Numbered from the stretch's first letter, positions 9,546-21,200 are shown. The stretch is 64,000 bases of DNA from Eubacteriales bacterium (GCA_045612185.1 JAZKYO010000030.1:85236-149235), one strand, 5' to 3'. Made by a program: numbers and translations. The notes: generated by a model from the letters alone, not told the origin.

Positions 9546-11087
9546 TCAATTCTCCTCATCAACATCGTTTTCGGCTATGGGCAGCTCAAACCAAAATCTG
9601 CTTCCGTGCCCTAGCGCAGACTCTACTCCGTACGTGGCATTGTGCATCTCAAGGCTACCTTTGACAATTGAAAGCCCGAGACCCGTTCCGACCTTGGCGC
9701 GTTTGTGAACTCGATCTACTTTATAGTATCTGTCCCATATGCTGTCAAGCTTTTCGGGCGGAATTCCTTCGCCGTTATCGCTTACCGATATATTGACTCT
9801 TCCGTCACCGCATTTTTGCTCAACTCGTACGGTTTTATCATCACCCGCGTAGTTTATCGCGTTATTAATCAGATTATAGACCACCTGAATTATCATCATT
9901 CGGTCTCCAAAAATCTCAACTTCGTTTTCCGCAACAAATATAATTTTGTAACCGTTTACGTTTACAAGCTTATCGTATCTTGTCATAACATCGCGGATAG
10001 CTTCGGTAAGATTGAAAAGTGAAAATTCGGGCACACGCGCGCCTGAACGTATTCTTGACAAATCCAACAGGTCGTTCACAAGCTCGCTCAGGTGAGTTGC
10101 TTCGTCCACGATCACCTGCAAATTTTCAGGCAAATTCTCCTCGGGAATATCGCGCATTATCTCTCCGTAGCCCTTAATAAGAGTAAGCGGAGTTCTCAAG
10201 TCGTGAGACACGTTAGCCACCAGCTCGCGCTGAAGTGAATCAAGCTTTGACAGCTTGTCCGCCGCGTCCTCAAGGCTTTCGGAAAGCTCTATTATCTCGC
10301 GGTATCCGCTTACCGAAAAATCGGAATCATATCTTCCTTCAGCAAGCTTTTTCGCCGCCGCATTCATTTTTTGTATAGGCTTTGAAATGTTTCTTGATAT
10401 CAAAAATGCCAACGCAAGCGCACCTATTATCATAACGAAGGCTATCCAGTGGAACTGCACCTTCAAGGTGTTTACCGTAGCGTCAACAGGCGTTAGCTCT
10501 GAGTTGAGCAATATCATATAAGAATTGCCCCCGCTGTCTGTTACCAAGCGGTTATAGAGCATAACCACCGCTTTGGAATTTGGGTCAATAAAATCAAAAA
10601 TCGGTCTCTCCTCGGAGTCACCGTCGCTCCAGAATCTGCCAAGCTTTGATTTTATCTCGCTTGTCTCGGCAAAAACTCCGCCATTGTTTTTCGCAGCCTG
10701 ATAATACTCGTTAAGCTGTTTATTGAGCATCACATGCGGAATGTTATGAATACTGCATTCAGCCGAAACGTCAGCGCTGGCAACCTCTGCCGCCGTGGTA
10801 TCGTCGCTGAATTTAAACACCCTTATACAAGTGGTATAATCCACCGCGCAGGAATACACCGCATCTCCAAGCTCCTCTGTACCAACGTACTCTCCTATTG
10901 CCTGCGAGATGCTTTCGAGCTCCTTTCGCTTAGTGTCTTTATAAAAGCTATCAAGCATAAGCACTTGAAATACGAAAATAACAAGCATCATAAACGCCAC
11001 GAAAGCGCTGAGAAAAGCAAAAAGCTTCCAACTGATACTGATGCCGCTGTTCGGTTTCTTGGCTTTTGGTTTAACAGCTTTTCCCAT
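9546..11087 (-). CDS. HAMP-domain sensor histidine kinase
   Basis: Two TM segments, HAMP, SHDLRTPL H-box, NLINNA, DNGEGI, GTGLGL. Confidence 0.95.
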   Translation of the reverse strand: MGKAVKPKAKKPNSGISISWKLFAFLSAFVAFMMLVIFVFQVLMLDSFYKDTKRKELESISQAIGEYVGTEELGDAVYSCAVDYTTCIRVFKFSDDTTAAEVASADVSAECSIHNIPHVMLNKQLNEYYQAAKNNGGVFAETSEIKSKLGRFWSDGDSEERPIFDFIDPNSKAVVMLYNRLVTDSGGNSYMILLNSELTPVDATVNTLKVQFHWIAFVMIIGALALAFLISRNISKPIQKMNAAAKKLAEGRYDSDFSVSGYREIIELSESLEDAADKLSKLDSLQRELVANVSHDLRTPLTLIKGYGEIMRDIPEENLPENLQVIVDEATHLSELVNDLLDLSRIRSGARVPEFSLFNLTEAIRDVMTRYDKLVNVNGYKIIFVAENEVEIFGDRMMIIQVVYNLINNAINYAGDDKTVRVEQKCGDGRVNISVSDNGEGIPPEKLDSIWDRYYKVDRVHKRAKVGTGLGLSIVKGSLEMHNATYGVESALGHGSRFWFELPIAENDVDEEN

Positions 11088-11107
11088 AACAGCGGCATCC
11101 TTTCGTT

Positions 11108-11800
11108 TTATTTTTCCTCAAATCTGTATCCCACTCCGCGAAGAGTTACTATAAGGTCTGCGTATCTTCCGAGACTCTTACGGAGCAATTTTATATGTGT
11201 ATCGAGTGTACGTGCGTCTCCGTAAAAATCATAGCCCCATACCTCGCTCAACAGCTTTTCGCGCGTAAGTGCGACGTTTCGGTTAAGCAGTAAGTAGAAG
11301 AAAAGGTCATACTCCTTGGGAGACATATCGACGCGCTCTCCGTCTATATAGACGATTCTGGCGGTAATATCTGCTTTAAGGCCTCCGCCGTCAAGCTCGA
11401 TTATTTCATTTTGCGTTTTGCTTTCGGCGTAATTGCCACGCCTTGTGCGCTTCATTACCGCCTCCACGCGGAGCATTAGTTCTTTGGGCGAAAATGGCTT
11501 TACAACGTAATCGTCAATTCCCACCTCAAAGCCGTTTATGCGGTCGTACTCCTCTCCGCGCGCGGAGAGCATAATTATCGGTATCTGAGAAGTTTTTCTT
11601 ATCTCACGGCACGCCGAAAAGCCATCAAGCTCGGGCATCATTATGTCCATTATAACGATATCGTATTCGTTATTTCGGCAGAGATAGACAGCCTCAAGTC
11701 CGTCTCCCGCTTCGACAACAGTATGTCCCTCAAACTCGGCGTATTTTTTTATTATACTGCGAATTCTTACTTCGTCGTCAACAACCAGAATGGTATACAC
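11108..11800 (-). CDS. OmpR/PhoB family response regulator
   Basis: VVDDE, DIMMP, KPF, winged helix ending RGVGYRF. Confidence 0.95.
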   Translation of the reverse strand: MYTILVVDDEVRIRSIIKKYAEFEGHTVVEAGDGLEAVYLCRNNEYDIVIMDIMMPELDGFSACREIRKTSQIPIIMLSARGEEYDRINGFEVGIDDYVVKPFSPKELMLRVEAVMKRTRRGNYAESKTQNEIIELDGGGLKADITARIVYIDGERVDMSPKEYDLFFYLLLNRNVALTREKLLSEVWGYDFYGDARTLDTHIKLLRKSLGRYADLIVTLRGVGYRFEEK

Positions 11801-11832
11801 ACCTACACCTCCGTCAACCTTCTCTTTACTAT

Positions 11833-11861
11833 ATTATAATCTATTTTGTTATATTTTTCAA
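11833..11861 (-). promoter_or_regulatory. SigA-type promoter of the response regulator
   Basis: TTGAAA-17 bp-TATAAT. Confidence 0.55.
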
Positions 11862-11877
11862 TAGGTTTGCGTTATTT

Positions 11878-13230
11878 TTAAGGATGATATTCCGAAACAA
11901 TCAGGTCTACCGTTATTTCCTCACCCGAGCGGTACACTGTTATCTGAACGGTTTCTCCTATTTCAAGGCCGTCAAGCATTGCGTACGCATCGTCTGCCGA
12001 CGCGGGAGCCTCACCGTTTATCGCCACAAGTCTGTCGCCGTAAACAAGATCGGTATTATATTTGGATTCTACGATATAAAGTATATATCCGTAGTATCCC
12101 GGTCTGAGCGTATACTGTTGAATGATGCTGAGACCGTGGTCGGCTCTGCCCCTTACGTATCCGTAAGACACAAGGTCGTCGTAAACCTCGCTAACGGTAT
12201 TCATGGGAATGGCAAATCCGAGACCCTCTGCGCCGTTGCTTGAATATTTGGCGTTTACTATTCCTATGAGCTGTCCTTTCATGTTAAAGAGCGCACCGCC
12301 CGAGTTTCCGGGGCTTACGGCGGCGTTGTGCTGCATAAGAGTCATGGTCTCGCCCTCTATAGTTACCTCGCGTTCAAGGGCGCTCACTATTCCGTTTGTA
12401 ACAGTACCTCCCAGAATTCCGAGAGGATTTCCTATTGCAAGCACCTCATCGCCCACGCGCACGCTGTCGCTGTCTACTCCAACTGCAACAGTAAGCGTTT
12501 CCTTGGGCTCGATTTTTATTACCGCAAGGTCGGTTTGGGCATCGGTTGCAACTAATGCCGCCTCATACACGTTTCCGTTGGAAAGGCGCACGCTTATTTC
12601 GGTTGCGCTTTCTACTACGTGATTGTTAGTGATTATTATTCCGTTTGCGGTTACTATAACTCCGCTACCAGCGCCGCTTGAATAAACAAGTCCGTTACGC
12701 AGGGTCTCAGAGGTGGTAATTTCAACGACCGATGCCGAAACGAGCTCTACCACGTCTGCCATTGAGAGTCCTTCATCACCGATTTTTCCCGTTACCGAAG
12801 GCTGTTTTCCGGAGTTTGAAACAGTCAGATCGGTATTTTCGTCAAGGCTGAAGAACCAATTACTATTTCCACTGTTGTCTGTTAAGGGCGAGGGACTTTC
12901 GGCAGTATCTTCACCATCTTTTACAGGTTCTTTAGACGGAAGGGTTGCATCAACTACGACATTGCCGTCAATTTGTTGCCTGTCATATCTTGCGGAAACC
13001 ACCCCCTCTGTTATAATCACCAGAGCACAACAAAACGCCATCAAGAGCATGATTACAGCTATCTTTGTAAAATTTCGAATTCGACTATCGTTGTTCTTTG
13101 TTCGTCCGGAGCTTCCACCCTCGGTATAGCTGTTTCTTTGCTCTGTATAGCCATCCTCCCCCGGAGTATAGCTTTTTGAATACACCTCGTACTCGTTGGG
13201 TCTTTTATTTTCATTGTCATTATTAAACAT
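11878..13230 (-). CDS. htrA: HtrA/DegP-like membrane-anchored serine protease with PDZ domain
   Basis: TNNHVV, DLAVIK, PGNSGG catalytic triad; start moved to MFNND. Confidence 0.9.
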   Translation of the reverse strand: MFNNDNENKRPNEYEVYSKSYTPGEDGYTEQRNSYTEGGSSGRTKNNDSRIRNFTKIAVIMLLMAFCCALVIITEGVVSARYDRQQIDGNVVVDATLPSKEPVKDGEDTAESPSPLTDNSGNSNWFFSLDENTDLTVSNSGKQPSVTGKIGDEGLSMADVVELVSASVVEITTSETLRNGLVYSSGAGSGVIVTANGIIITNNHVVESATEISVRLSNGNVYEAALVATDAQTDLAVIKIEPKETLTVAVGVDSDSVRVGDEVLAIGNPLGILGGTVTNGIVSALEREVTIEGETMTLMQHNAAVSPGNSGGALFNMKGQLIGIVNAKYSSNGAEGLGFAIPMNTVSEVYDDLVSYGYVRGRADHGLSIIQQYTLRPGYYGYILYIVESKYNTDLVYGDRLVAINGEAPASADDAYAMLDGLEIGETVQITVYRSGEEITVDLIVSEYHP

Positions 13231-13263
13231 AAAAAATACCGCCTTTCTGTATTTTACGGCATT

Positions 13264-13295
13264 ATTATAACTCTCCAATGTGACGATTTTTTGAA
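13264..13295 (-). promoter_or_regulatory. Candidate OmpR-class direct-repeat site plus -10 of htrA
   Basis: TTCAAA-N5-GTCACA followed 9 bp later by TATAAT; no canonical -35. Confidence 0.4.
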
Positions 13296-13386
13296 GATGT
13301 AATAAAAAACTTTTGAAAAGGGGCTGTATTCGAGACGATAATATGTTATAATAATAGCATAGGATTTCGGAATGAGGAAGATAAAT

Positions 13387-14220
13387 ATGATAAATCAGAT
13401 AAAAAGCGTTTTAAGAGATGAAATGATTTTACTGTCCGTTTTTTACCCCTTGGAAAAGTGTATAATAAAAAAGAAGTACCTGTTAGACCGCGCGGGAATA
13501 GAATCGGGCTTTGCGGTTGTTTTCGCAATTCCCTATTACACCAAATCCTGCGACGGCAAAAAAAACATATCGGCGTACGCGGTAAGCAGAGATTACCATC
13601 TTTACATCAAGGGGCTTGAATCACGGATTGTTCCAAAATTAAAAGCGTTGTACCCCGACGTAAGCTTTGCTTTTTTTGCCGATCACTCGCCTATTGACGA
13701 GCGTGATGCGGCAGTACGCGCTGGGCTTGGAATATACGGAAAAAATCGGCTTATTATTACCGAGCCTTATTCTTCATACGTTTTTTTGGGTGAGCTGATA
13801 GTGGGGGCTACGCTACCTGAGGGAAGCTACGTTGACCGCGACATTCAATACTGCGAGAATTGCGGTCTTTGTCAAAAAAACTGCCCGTGGCTGTGCGGAG
13901 AAAGCGCAGAATGTCTCTCGGCAATGACACAGAAAAAAGGCGAGCTTTCGGACAGCGAAAAGAAACTGATTAAAAAATACGGAATTTGGGGTTGCGACAT
14001 ATGCACAGAGGTATGTCCGCACACAAAAAAAGCCAAGGAGCTTGGCAGTATTTATTCTCCGATAGAATTTTTCAATACACAAACCACTCCTTTTATTACA
14101 TACGAAACCATAGAAAAAATGAGCGACAGCGAGTTTTGCGAGCGCGCCTACTCATGGCGTGGGCGTGAGACTGTTTTAAGAAATATTGCCGTCGCGGAGT
14201 GCGGAGATGAGGAAGGATAA
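13387..14220 (+). CDS. queG: Epoxyqueuosine reductase QueG-like Fe-S protein
   Basis: SAYAVSRDYH, AGLGIYGKN, CxxCxxCxxxCP and WGCDICTEVCP. Confidence 0.75.
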   Translation: MINQIKSVLRDEMILLSVFYPLEKCIIKKKYLLDRAGIESGFAVVFAIPYYTKSCDGKKNISAYAVSRDYHLYIKGLESRIVPKLKALYPDVSFAFFADHSPIDERDAAVRAGLGIYGKNRLIITEPYSSYVFLGELIVGATLPEGSYVDRDIQYCENCGLCQKNCPWLCGESAECLSAMTQKKGELSDSEKKLIKKYGIWGCDICTEVCPHTKKAKELGSIYSPIEFFNTQTTPFITYETIEKMSDSEFCERAYSWRGRETVLRNIAVAECGDEEG

Positions 14221-14884
14221 CTGTTACAAGCTGAAAAAAGAAATAGAAGAGCTTAGGCGTGAAAACGCGTTTTTGCGCGAGGAGCTTGCAAGAACAGGAT
14301 CAGACACCTCGGTTGCTGACAGCAAAAGCTTCTTTGAGTATCTTTTTAAGACCGTCAAAGAACATTCTTTTTATAAAAGATTTTCAACAATAAGAAGCTA
14401 TTTTTTTAAATTCAAGTTATTTTCTACCGCTTTCAGGTTGCTTTCGTTTATTGTAATTGCTATTGAAACAAGCGCGGTGTTGCTTGTTTTGGTTACCGTT
14501 GCGGCGCTTACACTTCCGCCTTTTATATTGGGATGCTTTCTGTTTTTCGGCACTTCGGCACTCAGATTTTCCCAAGACAGAAAGCAAACACTTACCGAAA
14601 TAGCAAACAAAAAGGTAATAGTACTTTTTCCTCCGAGGCAATATATTTTCAAAAAAGAAAGTTTCTTTTACAAAAACGCGCTCGATCTTGCCGCCCGTGG
14701 GTATGCGGTAATAGCGGTATCGCCATTTATTATTTCTCCAAAAGGAATTTTTGAAAAAGGGCGTTTTTTTCTCAACAGCCACCGCGAGACAAGCGGTATT
14801 ACGGTTATAAGACGTCAGTATTTTTTCCACATACAAAAAAGGATTTTTAATAGCCACACAAATAAGGTTATTTTTATTTATTGA
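14207..14884 (+). CDS. Hypothetical membrane protein (N-terminal coiled coil, central hydrophobic segment)
   Basis: Fills the gap between queG and addB, overlapping the queG stop; no family recognised. Confidence 0.65.
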   Translation: MRKDNCYKLKKEIEELRRENAFLREELARTGSDTSVADSKSFFEYLFKTVKEHSFYKRFSTIRSYFFKFKLFSTAFRLLSFIVIAIETSAVLLVLVTVAALTLPPFILGCFLFFGTSALRFSQDRKQTLTEIANKKVIVLFPPRQYIFKKESFFYKNALDLAARGYAVIAVSPFIISPKGIFEKGRFFLNSHRETSGITVIRRQYFFHIQKRIFNSHTNKVIFIY

Positions 14885-14893
14885 GAGGATACT

Positions 14894-17800
14894 ATGATCA
14901 ATCTTATTTACGGTCTCCCCGGCACGGGAAAAACAAAATACGTAACCGACAGGATAGTAGAGGATGTCAAGGCAGACAAAAAAACGCTGCTTATTGTTCC
15001 TGAACAACAAACGGTTGAGGCGGAGCGGGCTATGTTGAAGCTTCTCCCTCCCTCGGCACAGCTTTCCTTTGAGGTGCTTAATTTCTCCCGACTCGCCAAC
15101 AAGCTTTTCAGGCAGTACGGAGGTCTTTCCTACAACTATATAACCAAGGGAATGAAAAATCTGTTCATGAAGCGCACGCTTATCGAGCTGTCTCCCGAAC
15201 TTAAGGAGTATCAGCTCAGAGCGGTGGGCGACTCGTCTCTCCCCGCGCTTATGCTTTCACAGATAAACGAGTTCAAGACCAACGGAATAAGCGCCACAAA
15301 GCTTGCTCTCGCCTCCGAAAAGCTTGATGACGGGCATCCGTTAAAGTCAAAGCTTTACGACTTTTCCTATATTTATTCCGCATATGACGGAATGGTAAAA
15401 AGCTGCTACGACGACAATTCCGACGACCTTGAAAATCTGTACACCAATATTCTTTGCAAGCACAACTTTTTCAAAGGTTATAATATTTACATAGACTCAT
15501 TTTCCAGCTTTACCGCCTGTGAGCACAAGATCCTTGAAAAGATTTTCTCCCAAGCCGACAACACTACGCTTACTCTTCCGATAGCTGACAAGCTGAGCAA
15601 CTCGTTGCACCAAAAAAGCGTTAACGAGACATCAAAGAAGCTTCTTAACGCGGCGGGTGAAGCTGCAAATATTATCACTCTCAACACGCCATATCGCACC
15701 AAAAGCGAGGCGCTCCGCCGCATCTGGAGTTCACTTTGGGACTTTTCGCTTAACGTCAAGGAGCTTGCCCAAATTCCCGATGACGGAAGTGTTGCGGTGA
15801 TTGAATGCGCCGACAGATACACGGAAGCGGAAGCCGCCGCAAACCTTATACTTAAGCTTACCGCCGAGGGCTACCGCAGACGCGACATAGCGGTAATTTC
15901 GGGCAATATGGAATTATACAGAGGAATTATTGACTCTACCTTTGAAAAGGCTGAGATTCCTTTCTTTATGTCCGAAAAAACAAGCATTGTAAATACGCCG
16001 TTGATTTCGATGATTATGTCAGCGTTTTCGATAATGCTTAGAAATTGGCGCATGGCTGACGTAATAGCGTACTTAAAAACCGGACTTACTGACGTTGAGC
16101 CCGATGATATTGACTTGTTTGAGATATACGTTTCCACGTGGAAAATTAACGGCACTCGTTTTATGGACGACGAGTGGACAATGAACCCCGACGGCTATTC
16201 CGCAGAAATATCTTCACGCGGAAAGGTTATTCTATCTCGCGCAAACAGCGTAAGACGCATGGTTGTAGAGTCTCTGAGCGAGTTCTTTACAAGGCTGAAA
16301 GCGGCAACCAACGTTGCGGAGCTTTGCGAGGCTACCTTTAAATTCTTCAAATCGCAAAAGCTCTCACAGAAGCTCGAAAAGCGAGCTGAACTCGCCTACA
16401 ACAAGAACGACCGTAAGGGCGCGATGGAATATGCGGGGGCGCACAAGCAGTTTGTTAAGGTACTGACCGACATATCCTCCGCCATGGGAGACAAAGAAAT
16501 GACGGTGGAAGAATTTGCGTCTTCTCTTAAGCTGGTATTTGACAATACCGATATAGGCACTATACCCACCGCCGCAGACGAGGTGTTGCTTGGCTCTGCT
16601 TCTATGCTCCGCACCTCAAATCTGCGTTGCGCGATACTTATTGGAGTTTGCGAGGGAGAGTTTCCTGCAAGTATAAGTGACTGCGGATTTTTCTCAGACA
16701 ACGAAAAAACTCAGCTCAAGGAGCTTGAGATTGAGCTTGCAAGTGACACGGCGCACCAGAACGCAGAAGAACTTTTGTATATTTACCGCGCGATGACACT
16801 CCCCTCGGACAAGCTATTCATGATTTACAACACGGGCAGCGGTTCGGGAGCTTCCCACAAGCCTTCGCTGGCGGTAACAAGAACGCTGGCACTTCTTCCC
16901 GCAGTGAAAAAAGCGGTATACGAGAATACCGATGAGCTTGACAGGCTTATGTCAAAGCGTCTGGCTTTTGAATCACTGCGAAACGTAACAAACGGTGAAA
17001 CAAAAAAAGCTCTTGGCGAGATTTTTGCGAACGATCCCCAATTCTCGCCCCTTCTCGAAAAAACCGAAATGCCTATCACCGCCACCGACTGTTTTGTAAG
17101 TGAGGAGACCGCCCGCAAGATTTTTGGTGACGCTCTGACGCTTTCGCAATCCAAGCTTGAAAAATACATCAAGTGTCATTTTGCGTATTATTGTAACTAC
17201 GCGCTTTCTCTGCGTGAGACCGAGACGGCATCCTTTAAGTACAGCGACTCGGGTACTTTTATTCACCACATTCTCGAAATATTCGTCAAGGCAACGGTCG
17301 ATGAAAACGGATTTAATCCAAATATGAGTAAAGAAGAGATAAGCGAAATAGTTACACACGAGGCTGATCAGTATATCGACGGCATATTCAAAAACAGAAC
17401 TGCGCCGTCAAAGCGCCTTATCCATCTTTTTGACAGGCTGAAAAGGCTGGCTCTTATTATCGCGCTTGACCTTTACGGTGAAATAAAATCAAGTAAATTC
17501 GTTCCCCGCTTCTTTGAAATGGGCATCGGCAAGGGCGACGCTACTCTCCCCGCATACGAGCTTTCACTTAAGGACGGAACAAAGCTTACCTTTGAGGGCA
17601 TAGTTGACCGCGTTGACATCTACAAACGCGACAACGAAGTCTTTATCAAGGTTGTAGACTACAAGACGGGAAGCAAAAGCTTCCGCTTATCAGACGTAGA
17701 GCAAGGACTTAACATTCAGATGCTAATGTATCTGTTCGCCATCTGCAACTCCGAGTCCGAGATCTCCAAAGAGCGCTTCGGATTAACCGAAAATGACAAG

Positions 17801-18259
17801 CTTAAGCCCGCGGGAGTTATGTACATTTCCACAAACGTATCACCGCAAAAGACAAGCCGCAACATTTCTGAGGACGAGCTTATCAAGCTTGTTGCAGAAA
17901 GCTTTACCCGCGAGGGACTTTTGCTTGACGACGAGGACGTGGTTTATGCGGTAAACCAAGATCTTAACAAGAATTACATAATAGGTGTAGAACGCCCCAA
18001 GCCGTCCAAGAAAAAGCCCGACGAGATTCCTCCGCTTAAAGGTAGCGCGCTTACGTCGGCTGAGAAATTTGACGAGATAAAAGACGGAATCGTTGAGACG
18101 CTTACTGAAATTGCCGCTGAAATGCGTCGTGGAAACGCTTCGATAACCCCTATGATTAAAGAAGATCCCTGCAAATACTGTCAGATGAAACAGTTTTGCC
18201 GCATAGACTCGTCTGCCTTCTCTTTTGAGGACGACGATTCTAATGAAAACTACGATTGA
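14894..18259 (+). CDS. addB: ATP-dependent helicase/nuclease subunit B
   Basis: GLPGTGKT, IVPEQ, GIVDRVD..VDYKTG nuclease, four Fe-S Cys (KCHF..CKYC..FC). Confidence 0.93.
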   Translation: MINLIYGLPGTGKTKYVTDRIVEDVKADKKTLLIVPEQQTVEAERAMLKLLPPSAQLSFEVLNFSRLANKLFRQYGGLSYNYITKGMKNLFMKRTLIELSPELKEYQLRAVGDSSLPALMLSQINEFKTNGISATKLALASEKLDDGHPLKSKLYDFSYIYSAYDGMVKSCYDDNSDDLENLYTNILCKHNFFKGYNIYIDSFSSFTACEHKILEKIFSQADNTTLTLPIADKLSNSLHQKSVNETSKKLLNAAGEAANIITLNTPYRTKSEALRRIWSSLWDFSLNVKELAQIPDDGSVAVIECADRYTEAEAAANLILKLTAEGYRRRDIAVISGNMELYRGIIDSTFEKAEIPFFMSEKTSIVNTPLISMIMSAFSIMLRNWRMADVIAYLKTGLTDVEPDDIDLFEIYVSTWKINGTRFMDDEWTMNPDGYSAEISSRGKVILSRANSVRRMVVESLSEFFTRLKAATNVAELCEATFKFFKSQKLSQKLEKRAELAYNKNDRKGAMEYAGAHKQFVKVLTDISSAMGDKEMTVEEFASSLKLVFDNTDIGTIPTAADEVLLGSASMLRTSNLRCAILIGVCEGEFPASISDCGFFSDNEKTQLKELEIELASDTAHQNAEELLYIYRAMTLPSDKLFMIYNTGSGSGASHKPSLAVTRTLALLPAVKKAVYENTDELDRLMSKRLAFESLRNVTNGETKKALGEIFANDPQFSPLLEKTEMPITATDCFVSEETARKIFGDALTLSQSKLEKYIKCHFAYYCNYALSLRETETASFKYSDSGTFIHHILEIFVKATVDENGFNPNMSKEEISEIVTHEADQYIDGIFKNRTAPSKRLIHLFDRLKRLALIIALDLYGEIKSSKFVPRFFEMGIGKGDATLPAYELSLKDGTKLTFEGIVDRVDIYKRDNEVFIKVVDYKTGSKSFRLSDVEQGLNIQMLMYLFAICNSESEISKERFGLTENDKLKPAGVMYISTNVSPQKTSRNISEDELIKLVAESFTREGLLLDDEDVVYAVNQDLNKNYIIGVERPKPSKKKPDEIPPLKGSALTSAEKFDEIKDGIVETLTEIAAEMRRGNASITPMIKEDPCKYCQMKQFCRIDSSAFSFEDDDSNENYD

Positions 18260-18271
18260 AAGGAGTAAAAA

Positions 18272-21200
18272 ATGGCTCATTCATGGACACCCGCTCAGCT
18301 TTCCGCCATTGAAATGCGCGACAAAACTCTGCTTGTAAGCGCGGCGGCAGGATCGGGAAAAACAGCTACGCTTACCGAAAGAATAATTCGTTCACTTACC
18401 GATGACAATAATCCCGCGGATATTTCGCGCATGCTTATTGCCACCTTTACGCGTGCCTCTGCCGCAGACCTGCGCGAAAAAATCTCGGCGGCGCTTTCCA
18501 AAAAGTTGGCTGAAAATCCCACAAACCGCAATCTCGCGGATCAGCTCGTGGCGCTTGGCAGTGCGCACATCTCAACTATCGACTCCTTTTATCTAGACAT
18601 TCTCAAGACTCATTTCGGCCGTCTTTCGCTTTCTCAAGCACCAAGAATTATCGACGATTCCGAATCAAAGCCTTTGAATCTTTCGACGATGGACGAGGTT
18701 ATAGAGGAATTCTATGAAAACAAAGAGGGGTTTGACAGGTTTATCGAAAACTTCACCTCGGTAAGAGACAACTCAAAGGTTGCGGAGGTATTTATAAGCA
18801 TTTATGACAAGCTTCTCGCTCAACGCGACGGTGTTGAAACACTCAAGGGCTATATTTCCGACCTTCAAGCCTCGACAAAAAATAATCTTTTTGACACAAA
18901 GTACGGCAAAATCGCTCTTGACAAGCTTTCGACATTTCTCAGGTGTGCCTGCCGATTCACTAAGGAAGCTTATGAACTTATATTGAGTGACGAAAAAGCA
19001 ACAAAAGCCTACGGTGACGCTTTTTCGTCTGATCTTGAATATTGGAACACACTTGACTCTCTTCTTTGCGCCCCGGACTATGATGCTATCAAGGCAATTA
19101 TGGACCGATACAACAAAATAAAGCCTGATACGTTAAGGGGCAATTACGACGAAATACGCGCGCTGTTGCCAATAAGGAATCTGCTTCACGAGGACTTTGA
19201 AAGAATTAAGGACAACTATTTCTGTTACACAAAGGACGAAACGGTAAAGTCCTTTGCCGACAACGCAAAAATATGCTCTACCCTTTACGAGCTTCTCTCG
19301 GAATTTGATTTCAGAATAATGGGCGAAAAGGCGAGCCGCGGAATATGCACCTTTGCAGACATACGCAGATACGTGCTTCAGATTCTTTGCGACAAGGACG
19401 GCTCCCCCAATGAAATCGCCGCCGAGTACAGAGAACGCTTTGACTACATATACATCGACGAGTATCAGGACGTTGACCCTGTTCAGGACTCAATTTTTAC
19501 CATTCTCTCAAAGCCCGACAACCGCTTTATGGTAGGTGACATCAAGCAGAGCATTTACGGATTCCGAAACGCTGACCCTTCTATTTTTGCCGACTACAAA
19601 AAAACCTTGCCCGCACTTGGAAGCAAGCAATCCGACGGCTACTCAATATTCATGTCCAACAATTTCAGATGCGACGAATCTGTAATTGATTTTTCAAACG
19701 CAGTATCTTCCTTTCTCTTTTCCAATCGCTCACAAAGCATAGACTATTCAAGCAAAGACGATCTGATTTTTTCAAAGGAAAAGCCCTCGCCCGAATACCA
19801 TTCCACCCCCGTAAAGGTTGTTACCACCGGAATTTTGCCGAGCGGAGTGGGGGAAAGATCGCTTGACGATGAACAAACCGACCGCCTTAAGCGTTCAAGC
19901 GCAAGATATATTGCCGAGGAAATAGAACGTTTGGTTGGTAACGAGTTTCTCGCCGACACAAAAGACGAAAACGGTAATCTTATAAAGAAGAAAATATCTT
20001 ACGGAGATATTGCCATATTCTCGCGCCAAAAAAAGCGTCTGCCGCTTATTATAGACGAGCTTCAAAAGCGCGGAATTCCCGTTGAGTGCGAAAAGGACAG
20101 CGACTTTTTTGAAAATCCCGACGTACTTCTCGTTCTCTCTTTCCTTTCCGCTATCGACAATCCCCAAAAGGACATTTCACTGGCAGGAGCGTTGCGCTCC
20201 CCCTTCTTCGGCTTTACGCTTGAGGAAATTTACACCGTTAAATCCTCTGCCGCCAAATCTGCATCACTTTACGACGCACTCGTCTCCTATTCCACAAAGG
20301 AAAACGAGCTTGCCGAGAAATGCAAGGCGTTTGACGCCCGATTGCAGTATTGGCGCAACGCCGCCGCTTCCACTCCATGTGACAAGCTTATTAAAAAACT
20401 TTATCACGAAATGGCAATCCTGTCTTACGGCTCGGCAAAAAGCAGAAATCTTTTAAAACTTTATGAATATGCAATAAAATTTGAGTCAAGCGGATTTAAG
20501 GGACTTTACGGATTTATAAAATACGTAAACGACCTTATAGAGTGCGAGGTTAAGCTTCCGGATACCGAAAGCGGCGGAAGCGCAGACTCGGTAAAGATTA
20601 TGACTATACACCACTCAAAGGGGCTTGAATTCCCCGTTTGCTTTATTTTTGATTGCGAGAAAAGATTCAGCAATAACACAGCAAAGCAGGATATTCAGTT
20701 TGAGCCTTCGCTTGGAATAGGATTTACTCCGCATGATGAAAGCGGTTTCGCAAAATTCAACTCCCCCACGTGGCGCTCAATCTGCGACACTTGCCTGCTT
20801 CTTGAAAAAGAAGAGGAAATGCGGCTTTTGTACGTAGCTATGACCAGAGCGCGAGAGCGTTTGTATCTGGTTTCAAATATCCACAAGCCTGAGAATAAAG
20901 AAACAATAAGGATGCTTGCAAAAGTTGACACCGAATACGCGATACTTCGCGCAGGCTCCTACGTCGATTGGATGATAATGGCGCTGGACCGCCCCGATTT
21001 GCCCGACTGTTTCACTACGGAGGAAATAATTTTCGACTGCGAAAACACCGAAAAAGCCGACGTAATCACCGACACCCAAAAAGATGAGCTTACCGAAGAA
21101 AGTCCAAACGCTAATACCAAGATTGTTGAACTGCTTAAAGAACGTTTTGATTTTAAATACGCTTACGAGCATATTTCAAAACTTCCCGCAAAGCTTTCGG

